Origin: an uncultured virus (IMG/VR IMGVR_UViG_3300044727_000112)
Lineage: Duplodnaviria; Heunggongvirae; Uroviricota; Caudoviricetes
Virus record (IMG/VR): IMGVR_UViG_3300044727_000112
DNA length: 64,000 bases
Reading direction: 5' to 3' (one strand)
Part shown: piece after piece, positions 9,348-18,413 of the stretch
Layout: each line of letters begins with the position of its first letter
How positions within the stretch are numbered: position 1 is the stretch's first letter
The notes under the pieces: model-generated
The model's database searches: none
What the model was told of the DNA's origin: nothing
The model's input: only the letters and a program-made list of their open reading frames with translations
Translations under genes and position numbers: made by a program

Positions 9348-10026
9348 CGGCGTTCTCCGTTGCCCGATAGTTGGTAAAAAGCGTCTTGTCGTGATCGGCT
9401 TGGTACCACCAAACTGGAAAGTCAGGATCCTGCTGCTCCAACCGCGCGAGCGTGTTCACTTCCCACGAAATATTTTTGGTTTTATGCAGCCAACGCACAT
9501 ATTCATCCTTCATCGCGATATTGAACGGCGCAACAAATCCACGCGGCACCACCATCACCCCGCCGCAGAACCGCCAACACGGATGATTGTCATCATATTT
9601 GAATTCGTCTTTTTTCAAACAGCCCGGAATTGCAATTGTCAGTTCGTTTTCTGCACGGCGCAAAAAAGCGTCAATGATCGCAGTTGTCACTCCCGGAACA
9701 TGAAAAATGCCGTAGTCGATCCAAACGAACACGTCCGAGAACGGATCAACGTCGGTAGCAATCTCCAGCCACTCGGTCTTCTGCGCCTGGATGATGTGAT
9801 AAGCGAGCGAATTTTTCTGCGGATTGTCCGCTACCGACCAAGAAAAATCCGACGATTTGTAATTCTCACTCAAATATCGGCTCAGCCAGCAATGCTCCAA
9901 ATCGCCTTTTGCAAACAGCACTTTACCATCAATATTTTTAAGCAGTGGCTCTCCTAACCGATCGTATTCCTCCTCCGACCGTGGATGGCCAGGGATTGGC
10001 ACAAAGGCAGTGACCACCGTAATCAC
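9295..10026 (-). CDS. HtrL/YibB (WlaTC)-family glycosyltransferase
   Basis: TVVTAF, VWIDYGIFH and WRFCGG...WEVN motifs. Confidence 0.75.
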   Translation of the reverse strand: MITVVTAFVPIPGHPRSEEEYDRLGEPLLKNIDGKVLFAKGDLEHCWLSRYLSENYKSSDFSWSVADNPQKNSLAYHIIQAQKTEWLEIATDVDPFSDVFVWIDYGIFHVPGVTTAIIDAFLRRAENELTIAIPGCLKKDEFKYDDNHPCWRFCGGVMVVPRGFVAPFNIAMKDEYVRWLHKTKNISWEVNTLARLEQQDPDFPVWWYQADHDKTLFTNYRATENADGRQTQADLRGFESGYC

Positions 10027-12020
10027 AGCGCCTCTCCATAAATAAAAGACAACACCTCATCGAGCTCCATAGTCGCAAGCCATGCCTGACAATCACGCAC
10101 ACCATAAGAGATCACGATCTCATCGTTTTCGATAAAATACGCCAGTCCTGCAGCGAACTCGATCTGACGGTCATGAAAGAAAAACGGCGGCGAGATCCGC
10201 TCTATCCGGCCATCAGATAAAAAAACAACGAACCGATGCTGATAATATCGATTAGAACGATCAGGAATGGTCCGTGCCTCATGAACCAAAGCAAGCCATA
10301 GCCGATCATCGACTTTGACAACCTGTGACCCTCCACTAATATGCGAAACATCAAAATCAAAATCATGCTGTGCGATCACCTCACCCTTGGAGTTGACCAA
10401 TGTCCCGAGCCGGTAAACAAACTGAAGTTCGTCCCCTCCATCAGACCATGGCATCGACCACGGCATCCAGTTCTTCTGATGAACACGATGACTTGGAAGG
10501 ATTTGTTTCCAGTTGTCTCCGTAGCAACAACTCCCGCTCCCCTCTGAGCGATCAAGTGGCGCTAGAACTTGTTCGCACCATCCTTCGGGGGTCAGTTCTC
10601 GAACGGTCGAGAGTGTCCAAAGTTCTTGACCACGCTGAAAAAGCCGTGAGTCCTCAAACCCACGCACCATCTGATATTTCGGCTCTGGAAAATTTTCAGG
10701 AAGACCTATCTCTCGCCAGTCGTCAGGGCCAGAGCCAATAAAATTGCGAGTACAAATAGGATGATCACCAGCGAGCGAGCCATCGCTGGCGCGAATCCGA
10801 TATTGGCCTTCTGGAGTGATTGTGTAGTTGACCGTCCGCACCAATGTAAGAAGCTTGCCAGCATGATTGATCACCGATGGATTGCAATCGACATAGCCGT
10901 CAGGCGGAATGAACTGAATCCGCTTGGTCTGGAATGACGGCACCGCTGCCGCCAGCGGCTGCAGATACCAAAATTGGTTGAACCGCGCCTGGACACTACC
11001 CTCCAGCGCCAGCTTATTGGTCTCCTTGGCCCCGCGAGAACGACGGTGCTCGTCGTAATAAGCGCAGATCGCAAACTCTTCTCTCAGACCAGTCTTATAG
11101 ACATAATCATTGATGAAAAGGAGATCGCCTCTGGGCACTGAAAATCCCAGTCCAGGCTCAGAGAAGAGCAAGCTGGTGAAATTTTCTCCTCGTACTCGGA
11201 AATAGCTCGCAAGTTCATAGATGGGCTCTGCTCGCGAGGGACGCATAGAATAAGCGCGAAGCATTTCCCACAAAAAATGAACGTGGTCCCCGAGATTTCG
11301 GTGACAGTGCGCAAGCCGCATTTGAGCGTACCACTGCTCTTCTGCGTAGCCGCCAAGCTCAACCCGCCTTCGATAGTGCGTAATAGCATCGTTGAACCTC
11401 CCAGCATCGTAATACGACTGCGCCAGATAAAAATGATAGCGTTCGATCAATCCCGGACTTGTTTCCGTAGCGAGCGCCTGCTCCAGTAGAGCAATATCTC
11501 GAGCAAACTTGTCAGGCCGATTATAGCCGTCAGCATGATCCACAAAATCAGCACCAGCAATAACACCGGATGATGGAACATCCAGATATTCATGGGTAAC
11601 TCCAGCGTAATTACCTGTCGCCTGCCGTGACACCAGACGCTTGTTGTAGTAGCCAAGCGCCCCGCCAACCTGCCGCATGTCATAAGCCGGACCGCCATTT
11701 AACTTCTTAGTCCAGTCCGGGTTCTCAACCCGCAACTCCATGTCAGCGTCAGCCAGCAGCAGATAGTCCCACTCCAGCGGAGACTCGCGTGCCCGCTGCA
11801 GGGCGACATTGCGGGCCTGAGAGAAATTATCGAACGGCGCATAGTGCAGTTCGAACGGCTTGCGGGCGCCCGCAAACAACCGCGATATCTTCTCCGGCGT
11901 CCGGTCTTCCGAACCAGTATCGACCACGATGGCGTAGTCGACATATGGCAACAGACTGCGGATGCAGCGTTCAATCACTGCCTCTTCATTTTTTACAATG
12001 GCGTTCCAAGCAATCTTCAT
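10023..12020 (-). CDS. GT2 glycosyltransferase + TPR repeats + C-terminal beta-propeller (glycoside hydrolase-like)
   Basis: IVKNEE...DTGSED...ARN...LADAD...THE; FYLAQSY TPRs; NPSV, FEDSRLF, KNWMPW, IEFAAGL propeller motifs. Confidence 0.85.
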   Translation of the reverse strand: MKIAWNAIVKNEEAVIERCIRSLLPYVDYAIVVDTGSEDRTPEKISRLFAGARKPFELHYAPFDNFSQARNVALQRARESPLEWDYLLLADADMELRVENPDWTKKLNGGPAYDMRQVGGALGYYNKRLVSRQATGNYAGVTHEYLDVPSSGVIAGADFVDHADGYNRPDKFARDIALLEQALATETSPGLIERYHFYLAQSYYDAGRFNDAITHYRRRVELGGYAEEQWYAQMRLAHCHRNLGDHVHFLWEMLRAYSMRPSRAEPIYELASYFRVRGENFTSLLFSEPGLGFSVPRGDLLFINDYVYKTGLREEFAICAYYDEHRRSRGAKETNKLALEGSVQARFNQFWYLQPLAAAVPSFQTKRIQFIPPDGYVDCNPSVINHAGKLLTLVRTVNYTITPEGQYRIRASDGSLAGDHPICTRNFIGSGPDDWREIGLPENFPEPKYQMVRGFEDSRLFQRGQELWTLSTVRELTPEGWCEQVLAPLDRSEGSGSCCYGDNWKQILPSHRVHQKNWMPWSMPWSDGGDELQFVYRLGTLVNSKGEVIAQHDFDFDVSHISGGSQVVKVDDRLWLALVHEARTIPDRSNRYYQHRFVVFLSDGRIERISPPFFFHDRQIEFAAGLAYFIENDEIVISYGVRDCQAWLATMELDEVLSFIYGEAL

Positions 12021-12262
12021 GGCCCAGTCGGACCGGTGGCTTCTGGTTCGGCTTCCCAGGCCTGACCGGTCGGACCCAGCGGACCGGTCGGACCCGTCGT
12101 CCCGGTTGCCGCCAGGGCCGTCGAAGCATCGAAGATCTCGTACTCCGTCCCTGGAGCAGCCGATTGCGTGAGGATGGCAATCGCAGCCTGGCGGCTGTTG
12201 GCCACGACACTGATGATCCCGATCGGGCCTTTCAGCCGCTGCCGGATGAAATACGTCGCCAT
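12017..12262 (-). CDS. small protein with Gly-X-Thr collagen-like tail
   Basis: ATGTTGPTGPLGPTG...ATGPTGP; ATGA overlap with the GT2 gene. Confidence 0.7.
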   Translation of the reverse strand: MATYFIRQRLKGPIGIISVVANSRQAAIAILTQSAAPGTEYEIFDASTALAATGTTGPTGPLGPTGQAWEAEPEATGPTGP

Positions 12263-12265
12263 GAT

Positions 12266-12532
12266 TTAGGCTCCGGTGCCGCCCGTGGTGCCGCTGGTAC
12301 CGGTGGTACCGGTGGTACCAGTGGAACCAACGACCGTCTCCTTCTCCACCACCGTCATGACCTCGACCTTGTCGCCGGCAGCGGTGTGCTCCTGAACCAG
12401 CTGTGAAATCGCCTCCTCGCGAGTCATGGCTGACACCTCCACGATCTCGTCCGGATGGGTCACCCGAATTTTGGCAACAAAGTCCGTCATCGTTCCCGTC
12501 GGTCCCGTCGGTCCCGTCGCTCCTGTCACCAT
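12266..12532 (-). CDS. small protein with Gly-X-Thr collagen-like termini
   Basis: [11 protein letters not shown] at the N-terminus and GSTGTTGTTGTSGTTGGTGA at the C-terminus; AGGAG RBS. Confidence 0.7.
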   Translation of the reverse strand: MVTGATGPTGPTGTMTDFVAKIRVTHPDEIVEVSAMTREEAISQLVQEHTAAGDKVEVMTVVEKETVVGSTGTTGTTGTSGTTGGTGA

Positions 12533-12555
12533 CTCAGTCTCCTCTAGTTAAGCTC

Positions 12556-14934
12556 TCATCCCGGCCCGCCACCGATCGACGGCGGCCGCATACCCGGCTG
12601 CATCGGTCTGCGCTGCAGCCCAACCACGTTCCCCGGCAAAGCCGGTGCGTTCGACATTGGAGTGGGCTGGTTGCCGCGCGCCTGATTGGCGGCCTCGTCC
12701 ATATTGGCTGGCCGCGGTGGGCCCGCCACGCCTCCACCCATGCCTGGTCCCATCCCTGGCGGTCCGGGTGGGGCACCAGCGGGACCACCTCCAGAGCCGC
12801 CTGGAGGCGTACCCATGCCTGGTGAGCCACCCGGCGCTTCCTCGCCAGGCAGTGCGGCATGCGAGGCCAGGAACCCTGCTGTGAGCTCTGAGGCGATCTT
12901 CTGTACGCCCTGCTCAACTCCAGCCTGAATGCCCTTGTCGACTTGCTCGTTGATCGCCTTGACCTGTTCGTTCTGCTCCTGCTTCTCCTGCTTCTTGGCG
13001 AGCACTTCGTCCGACGGCACCACGTTGTCGCCGTCGAGCCCGATGGTCTGCGACACCGACCGCAGCACGGTACCGCGGCCCTTGATGCCCATAATGGACA
13101 TATCCACAGGATTGTTGGTGTGCTGCAAGAACTCGAGTTGACGCTGCCGCTGGGTCTCGCGCTGCACTGCAACATTGACGCCCTGAACGTAAATGTCCTC
13201 TTCACCGGTCAAGGCACCGCTGGTATCCGTCAGCAACACCAAATCTGCGAGTTGCTGCAGCGCCACCTCGAAAATATCGCGGTCGATATTGGCCGCGACC
13301 GTTTGCAGGATCTTGGACGCGTTGCCCATCAGCATGGCCAGCCCGGACGCCGTCCTGCCGGCGCCACCCGACGCCTGGCCGCCGATATATTTGGGAATGG
13401 CCGACACGTCGTCAGACAGATCGATGAAAGCCTTGAAGACCGTCAGGAGCTCCTGGGCGTTGGACTGCGGCTGATAGAACTCGACCGGCGGCTTGGCATT
13501 GTTGCCGACCGGATCGGACACGACGTGCCAGTGTTTCCAGGGATACATCTCATCGACGTTCTCCTCTGGCCGGCAGCGCTCGACATTGACCACCACCTGC
13601 GGACCGGAGGCGATGCTCATGTTGTTGATCAGCGCCCGCAAGGTGGCGTTGGCGACGTCCTGGATGTCGGCGATCAGGTCGCACAGCGAGTTACCGACCG
13701 GCGTACCCGGCACTTTCTCGAAGCTGGTAATGAAATAATTGTGCCGCGCACGGGGAGAGGGCGAGAGATTGGCCTTGATGACGTGATTGCCGATGCAATA
13801 GGCGTCGACATGATAGTCCCGCAGCGGATCTGATATCCCCGGCATGCCGTAGTCCTGCAGGATCTCGCCCTGGACGTTGCCGTGGAACTCCATCTGGCTG
13901 ATCAAGCCGCTTCTGTTCCAAGCCGGGTTCTCCCGGCTCTCCAACACCGCCCTCTCGGCATCGGTGGTGTCCCAGTTGTCGTACAGCCCGCCGCGGCCAT
14001 ACTCCTGCAGCACAGCGCGCACCTCGTCCTGGTTGAAGCCGGGAAGGTCGAGCATGTCGTTGATCTCGGCCCTGGTCAGGCCGGACTTCTCGATCACATT
14101 GGCATTGGCGATGTCGCTCACACCGGGGGTCCACCAGAGGTCGAACGGCGACACCCGTGACCACATCATGGTGGGGATCTGCTTGACCACCGGCCGCCCC
14201 TGCTGCCACTGGATCTCGGGAATGATCTTGACCGTCGGGCCCTTGAGGCAAGCGAACGGAAATATCGGCAGGTCCACCAGGAACTCGGCCAAGGCGTGAT
14301 AGAAGAAGCCGTTCCTGAGAAACTCCTCGATCTTGTCCTGCGAGGACTTGGCCTGCTTCTGCGCCAGCTTGCGGGCGGCCTCCTGCGCCGACTCCATCAG
14401 CGCCATCCGGCGGGTGCGGGCGGCATCCTCCGGCGGCGGCTGCCCGGTGGTCTGCTGTACCATCTGCTGCTCATGCTGCAGTAGCTGGTCGATCTTCTGC
14501 ATGATCTCATCCGGGATATCCGGATCAGCCGGCGGCCGCACCGCCCATGGCGTGTCGGCACCGAGATAGACGTCGCGCAGAAGTGAGGAGGCCGCCCGAC
14601 ACTTCTGCGCGGTCAGGCGGGCATAGATCTGCGACCCGCCGAACTTCATAACCTCTTGCATTTTGGTCGGACTGTATTGACCGTTGAATGCACGCAACGC
14701 TTCAATCAGCCGGCCGGACCAGCCACTGGCAGTATTGCGGTGATTGCGGAAGATCTCGAACTGGCCCTTGATGAATCCAACCAGCTGGGGCGGAGCCGGC
14801 TGAGCGGGCGCAGCGGCCGCCGCCCGCTCCTGCTCCTGCTTGAGCAGCTGCGCCTCCAGCATCGCCGGCGGCGTCACGCTGATGACGTTGGTTCCTAGCG
14901 GATGTGGCGCAGCGGGCTGTGGAATAGGGCTCAT
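12556..14934 (-). CDS. portal protein (podovirus type)
   Basis: RVSPFDLWWTP, DIQDVANATLRALINN, GAGRTASGLAMLM motifs; Gly/Pro-rich C-tail. Confidence 0.85.
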   Translation of the reverse strand: MSPIPQPAAPHPLGTNVISVTPPAMLEAQLLKQEQERAAAAAPAQPAPPQLVGFIKGQFEIFRNHRNTASGWSGRLIEALRAFNGQYSPTKMQEVMKFGGSQIYARLTAQKCRAASSLLRDVYLGADTPWAVRPPADPDIPDEIMQKIDQLLQHEQQMVQQTTGQPPPEDAARTRRMALMESAQEAARKLAQKQAKSSQDKIEEFLRNGFFYHALAEFLVDLPIFPFACLKGPTVKIIPEIQWQQGRPVVKQIPTMMWSRVSPFDLWWTPGVSDIANANVIEKSGLTRAEINDMLDLPGFNQDEVRAVLQEYGRGGLYDNWDTTDAERAVLESRENPAWNRSGLISQMEFHGNVQGEILQDYGMPGISDPLRDYHVDAYCIGNHVIKANLSPSPRARHNYFITSFEKVPGTPVGNSLCDLIADIQDVANATLRALINNMSIASGPQVVVNVERCRPEENVDEMYPWKHWHVVSDPVGNNAKPPVEFYQPQSNAQELLTVFKAFIDLSDDVSAIPKYIGGQASGGAGRTASGLAMLMGNASKILQTVAANIDRDIFEVALQQLADLVLLTDTSGALTGEEDIYVQGVNVAVQRETQRQRQLEFLQHTNNPVDMSIMGIKGRGTVLRSVSQTIGLDGDNVVPSDEVLAKKQEKQEQNEQVKAINEQVDKGIQAGVEQGVQKIASELTAGFLASHAALPGEEAPGGSPGMGTPPGGSGGGPAGAPPGPPGMGPGMGGGVAGPPRPANMDEAANQARGNQPTPMSNAPALPGNVVGLQRRPMQPGMRPPSIGGGPG

Positions 14935-14941
14935 GCCAGCA

Positions 14942-14990
14942 TAGCTAACGAACAATGCTCAAGAATCTCTTAAGAGTTCGGGTCTAATCA
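14942..14990. promoter_or_regulatory. bidirectional promoter centred on TCAA-N7-TTAA
   Basis: Box at 14959-14973 with symmetric TA-starting hexamers 11 nt away on each strand, each 6-7 nt from an ATG. Confidence 0.55.
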
Positions 14991-14996
14991 GGTGTC

Positions 14997-15656
14997 ATGG
15001 TAGACTTCGACGAGATCCAGATGGCTAAGCTCGCGCGCGAGCTCGTCATGAACATCCGCAACTACAAAGAGACATTCACGCTCTTTGGAATCGACGAAAA
15101 TGACTACCAAATTATTGAAAAGAATGAATATTTTCGCAAGGTCCGCGACCATATCGCGATCGAATGGAACAGCACTCTGTCGACCGAAGAACGCATCCGC
15201 TTTATCAATCTGGCCTATTACGAACAGCTTTCTCCGGTGCTCGCCCGCCGCGCCATGGCGCCGGATGCCAACCTGTCGGCATCCACCGACGTCGGCAAAC
15301 TGCTGATGAAAGGCGCCGGCATCGGCGAGGCCAAATCAGAAAAAGTGGCCACCGACCGCTTTGTCATCACCATCAATCTGGGCGCCGACACCGAAGGCAA
15401 AGAGGTCATCGAGCACTACGACAAATCGATCGCCATCGACCCCGACGATAAGGCGGTGCCCGTTGCAACGCCAAACGATAGGGCGGCGCCCATTGCAACG
15501 CCAAACGACATCGCAGCCGATGCCAGGCTCAGCGCCGAGATCAAAGCCAAGACCAAAGCAATTACAGGAGACAGCAATGGCCAAACTGTCGATGCGGAGC
15601 CGCAACAGCCTAGCTTCGAGTTCCTTCGCCCTACCGGGAAAAGGGAAGGGGCCTAG
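14997..15656 (+). CDS. putative terminase small subunit
   Basis: Helical protein ending in RFVITINLG; upstream of TerL. Confidence 0.6.
   Translation: MVDFDEIQMAKLARELVMNIRNYKETFTLFGIDENDYQIIEKNEYFRKVRDHIAIEWNSTLSTEERIRFINLAYYEQLSPVLARRAMAPDANLSASTDVGKLLMKGAGIGEAKSEKVATDRFVITINLGADTEGKEVIEHYDKSIAIDPDDKAVPVATPNDRAAPIATPNDIAADARLSAEIKAKTKAITGDSNGQTVDAEPQQPSFEFLRPTGKREGA
15446..15510 (+). repeat. 30-bp tandem duplication (DKAVPVATPN/DRAAPIATPN)
   Basis: CGATAAGGCGGTGCCCGTTGCAACGCCAAA followed by CGATAGGGCGGCGCCCATTGCAACGCCAAA. Confidence 0.8.
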
Positions 15657-15798
15657 CGGCAAGGGCAGTGGCAGCTACCCCATCCCCGACAAATCGCACG
15701 CCAGGAACGCGCTTGCCCGTGCATCAGGCAAAGCAGTTGAAGCCAAGGTGCGCGCCAAAGTGAAAGCCAGATTCCCTGATATTGGCAAAAATGATTGA
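15577..15798 (+). CDS. small basic phage protein (DUF6582-like)
   Basis: MAKL...FALPG...YPIPDKSHARNALAR; AGGAG RBS. Confidence 0.65.
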   Translation: MAKLSMRSRNSLASSSFALPGKGKGPSGKGSGSYPIPDKSHARNALARASGKAVEAKVRAKVKARFPDIGKND

Positions 15799-15892
15799 AC
15801 TCACTCCACTGTACGAGCTCGCACGTAAATACGGCACTGACAAGGGCGGCTGCGGTGCTGGCGAAGTGCTACTGGTGGGCGCATGGCCGTAA
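15791..15892 (+). pseudogene. N-terminal remnant of a sugar O-methyltransferase-like gene
   Basis: MIELTPLYELARKYGTDKGG... stops after 33 aa. Confidence 0.5.
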
Positions 15893-17340
15893 TTTTCACG
15901 GCTCCGCCGACGGTGGCCACCTTCATGAAGTCGCAGGCCTTCGGCCGGATCATCGCCGGCCCGGTCGGCAGCGGCAAGACCACGGGCTGTGTGATGGAGG
16001 CGCTGCGCCGCAGCATGGCGCAAGCCAAGGCCCCCGACGGCTACCGCTACACCAGGTTTGCGTTCGTGCGGCAGACCCTGAAGCAACTCAAGGACACGGT
16101 GCTGAAGGACGTGCAGTCCTGGCTCGAGGGCCTGGGTACCTGGAAGGTGTCGGAGAACACCTATTATCTCGAGTTCGCCGACGTCAAATCAGAATGGATT
16201 TTCGTTCCCCTGGAAAATGCCGAAGATCAGGCCCGGCTGCTCTCCATGCAGCTGACGGGATCCTGGCTGTCGGAAGCCATCGAGATGAATTTTGACGTAC
16301 TGGCGCCGGTCTCTGGGCGCATTGGCCGCTACCCAAGCGGCAACCGCGGTGTCCCCAGCTGGTACGGCATCATTGCCGACACCAATCTGCCAGTCGAACT
16401 CAGCGACTGGCACAAATTTATGACCGAACCCCCGCCGAACTGGCAGGTATTCATCCAGCCAAGCGGCATGGCGCCGGCCGCCGAGAATCTCAATTATCTG
16501 CTGCAGACCGAAGAGACAAAATCCCTTCCCTTCAATCACCCCATACGGCTGGCCCAGGGCCGCAAGTACTATGAGCAATTTCTGCAGATGTACGGGAGCG
16601 AGCACCCCTGGGTGAAGCGGTACGTTTACGCCCAGTACGGCGACGACCCATCGGGCGAGGCCGTCTTCCGCGCTTCCTTTAAACCAAGCTTCCACGTTGT
16701 TGCGGACACCCTTGTAATACCAGGCTACCCACTGATCGTGGGCCAGGATTTCGGCCGTAATCCCTGGAGCCTGATCGGCCAGGTCGACCATCTCGGGCGA
16801 CTGCTCATTCATCTCGAAGTTCCCGCTACCAATATGGGGCTGGAGAAACACATCGAGCAAAATTTACGCCCCAAGCTGTTCAGCGACAAGTTCATTGCCA
16901 GCAAAACCATCCTAGTGGGCGATCCATCGGGGGTTTCGAAAGGGACGATCGCAGAAGAGTCTTGCTTCGACGCACTCAAGCGCATGGGCCTGCCGGCGTT
17001 CCCGGCGCCAACCAACGATGTTGATCCGCGCCTGCGTGCGGTCGAGACATTGCTGGGTAAGCAAATAAACGGCGGGCCGGCACTGGTGATCAACGGCAGG
17101 GGCTGCCCCTGGCTGGTGCGCGCCATGAGCGGCGGCTACCGCTACAAGAAGCACAAGGACGGCGGCCTGCGCACGGTGCCGGAGAAGTTCGACAAAGAGG
17201 GCTTCTCGCATGTTGCCGATTGCTTGCAATATATTTGTCTCGTGGTCCACGGCGGCCTGGTGCATGAGTTTGCCAGGCGACTGACCCCACGGCCACGACT
17301 ACAAGACCGACCACGTATTACGGCAGCAGGATGGACCTGA
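15883..17340 (+). CDS. terL: terminase large subunit
   Basis: Walker A GPVGSGKT, WLSEA Walker B region, DTN, GQDFG and SHVADCLQY nuclease motifs. Confidence 0.92.
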   Translation: MAVIFTAPPTVATFMKSQAFGRIIAGPVGSGKTTGCVMEALRRSMAQAKAPDGYRYTRFAFVRQTLKQLKDTVLKDVQSWLEGLGTWKVSENTYYLEFADVKSEWIFVPLENAEDQARLLSMQLTGSWLSEAIEMNFDVLAPVSGRIGRYPSGNRGVPSWYGIIADTNLPVELSDWHKFMTEPPPNWQVFIQPSGMAPAAENLNYLLQTEETKSLPFNHPIRLAQGRKYYEQFLQMYGSEHPWVKRYVYAQYGDDPSGEAVFRASFKPSFHVVADTLVIPGYPLIVGQDFGRNPWSLIGQVDHLGRLLIHLEVPATNMGLEKHIEQNLRPKLFSDKFIASKTILVGDPSGVSKGTIAEESCFDALKRMGLPAFPAPTNDVDPRLRAVETLLGKQINGGPALVINGRGCPWLVRAMSGGYRYKKHKDGGLRTVPEKFDKEGFSHVADCLQYICLVVHGGLVHEFARRLTPRPRLQDRPRITAAGWT

Positions 17341-17525
17341 CCCCTGAACTAGTTGCTGAGATTTGGACAGAACTGCAGCGCCGGGTCGAAGCCATCAAGG
17401 CGGTCGGCGGCATCAGCGTGCTCGAAGTCATGGAAGGCCGCAAGGTGCCAAAGGGCTGGAAACTCGACGTGGTGGCGGATTATTTCGTGCCGCCGGACTT
17501 TGTCGCAGTGACCACATTGCAATAG
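17331..17525 (+). CDS. hypothetical protein
   Basis: 64 aa, overlaps the TerL stop. Confidence 0.5.
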   Translation: MDLTPELVAEIWTELQRRVEAIKAVGGISVLEVMEGRKVPKGWKLDVVADYFVPPDFVAVTTLQ

Positions 17526-17526
17526 C

Positions 17527-17555
17527 TAGACTTAGTAAATTTACAAGTCTAAAAT
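17527..17555 (+). promoter_or_regulatory. sigma70-like promoter with palindromic spacer
   Basis: TAGACT-N17-TAAAAT; TAGACTT-A-GTAAATTTAC-AAGTCTA palindrome. Confidence 0.6.
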
Positions 17556-17575
17556 CTGTCGAGGAGGTGGATGCA

Positions 17576-17842
17576 ATGAGCCACAAATCCAGACAGACCC
17601 TGATCCCGACGCCATGGGAATACGCGCAATGGCTGGCCGATCGGCACGAACGCGCAGAAGGGAATTATTGGCGAGATCGCAAAATCATCCGGCACCCCGA
17701 AGCCTATGCCGCCGTGATCGAGTACAACAAGACCCACGGCCTGACCCCGCGCAAGCAAGATGAAAAGCTGAAGTTCCTGCACAAGACCCATGGCGGCACG
17801 TACAAGCGCAAGGCTCCGATCACATTGGCAAAGAAGGCATGA
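17576..17842 (+). CDS. hypothetical basic protein
   Basis: GAGGAGG RBS, MSHKSRQ...; ATGA overlap downstream. Confidence 0.6.
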   Translation: MSHKSRQTLIPTPWEYAQWLADRHERAEGNYWRDRKIIRHPEAYAAVIEYNKTHGLTPRKQDEKLKFLHKTHGGTYKRKAPITLAKKA

Positions 17843-18342
17843 GCATAAGCCAGCGTAAGCGTGAGTGCGGCAGCTGCTCGATGTGCTGCAAGATCATGAC
17901 AGTGCCGGACTTTGCCGGCAAGCCCGATCCGCACGACTGGTGCCAGCATGCGATTCATGCCCCGAAGACGGGTGTCAAGGACACCCTGGTGGGTGGCTGC
18001 GGCGGCTGCGCAATCTATCCGCAGCGGCCAGACAATTGCCGCGACTTCCACTGCATGTGGCTGCTCGACCAGCGGATCCCGGACTACTGGTTCCCGGCCA
18101 AGTCGAAGATCGTGATTTCGCCGCATCTAGCTGATGTCGTTACCCTTGCAGACGGGCGTAAACGCCCTGGTGAGGCCTATATCGCCTTCATCGTCGACCC
18201 GGCCTATCCCAACCGCTGGCGCGAGGAGCCGTGGTTCAGTGACTTGAAAAAGATGGCGAAGGCGGGATTGACGGGTCTGCTGGGACAGAAGTGGACGTCG
18301 GTCGTGCTGATCGGAGACGAGCGCATTCCGATCGTAGCCTGA
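17839..18342 (+). CDS. YkgJ/CxxCxxCC cysteine-cluster protein
   Basis: CGSCSMCCK...CAIYPQRPDNCRDFHC. Confidence 0.8.
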   Translation: MSISQRKRECGSCSMCCKIMTVPDFAGKPDPHDWCQHAIHAPKTGVKDTLVGGCGGCAIYPQRPDNCRDFHCMWLLDQRIPDYWFPAKSKIVISPHLADVVTLADGRKRPGEAYIAFIVDPAYPNRWREEPWFSDLKKMAKAGLTGLLGQKWTSVVLIGDERIPIVA

Positions 18343-18413
18343 ACTCCGACCACTGCGCGATATCGAGCGGATCGTAAATCTGCGCCTCGCGCCAGACCAG
18401 TTTCATTATCTGT

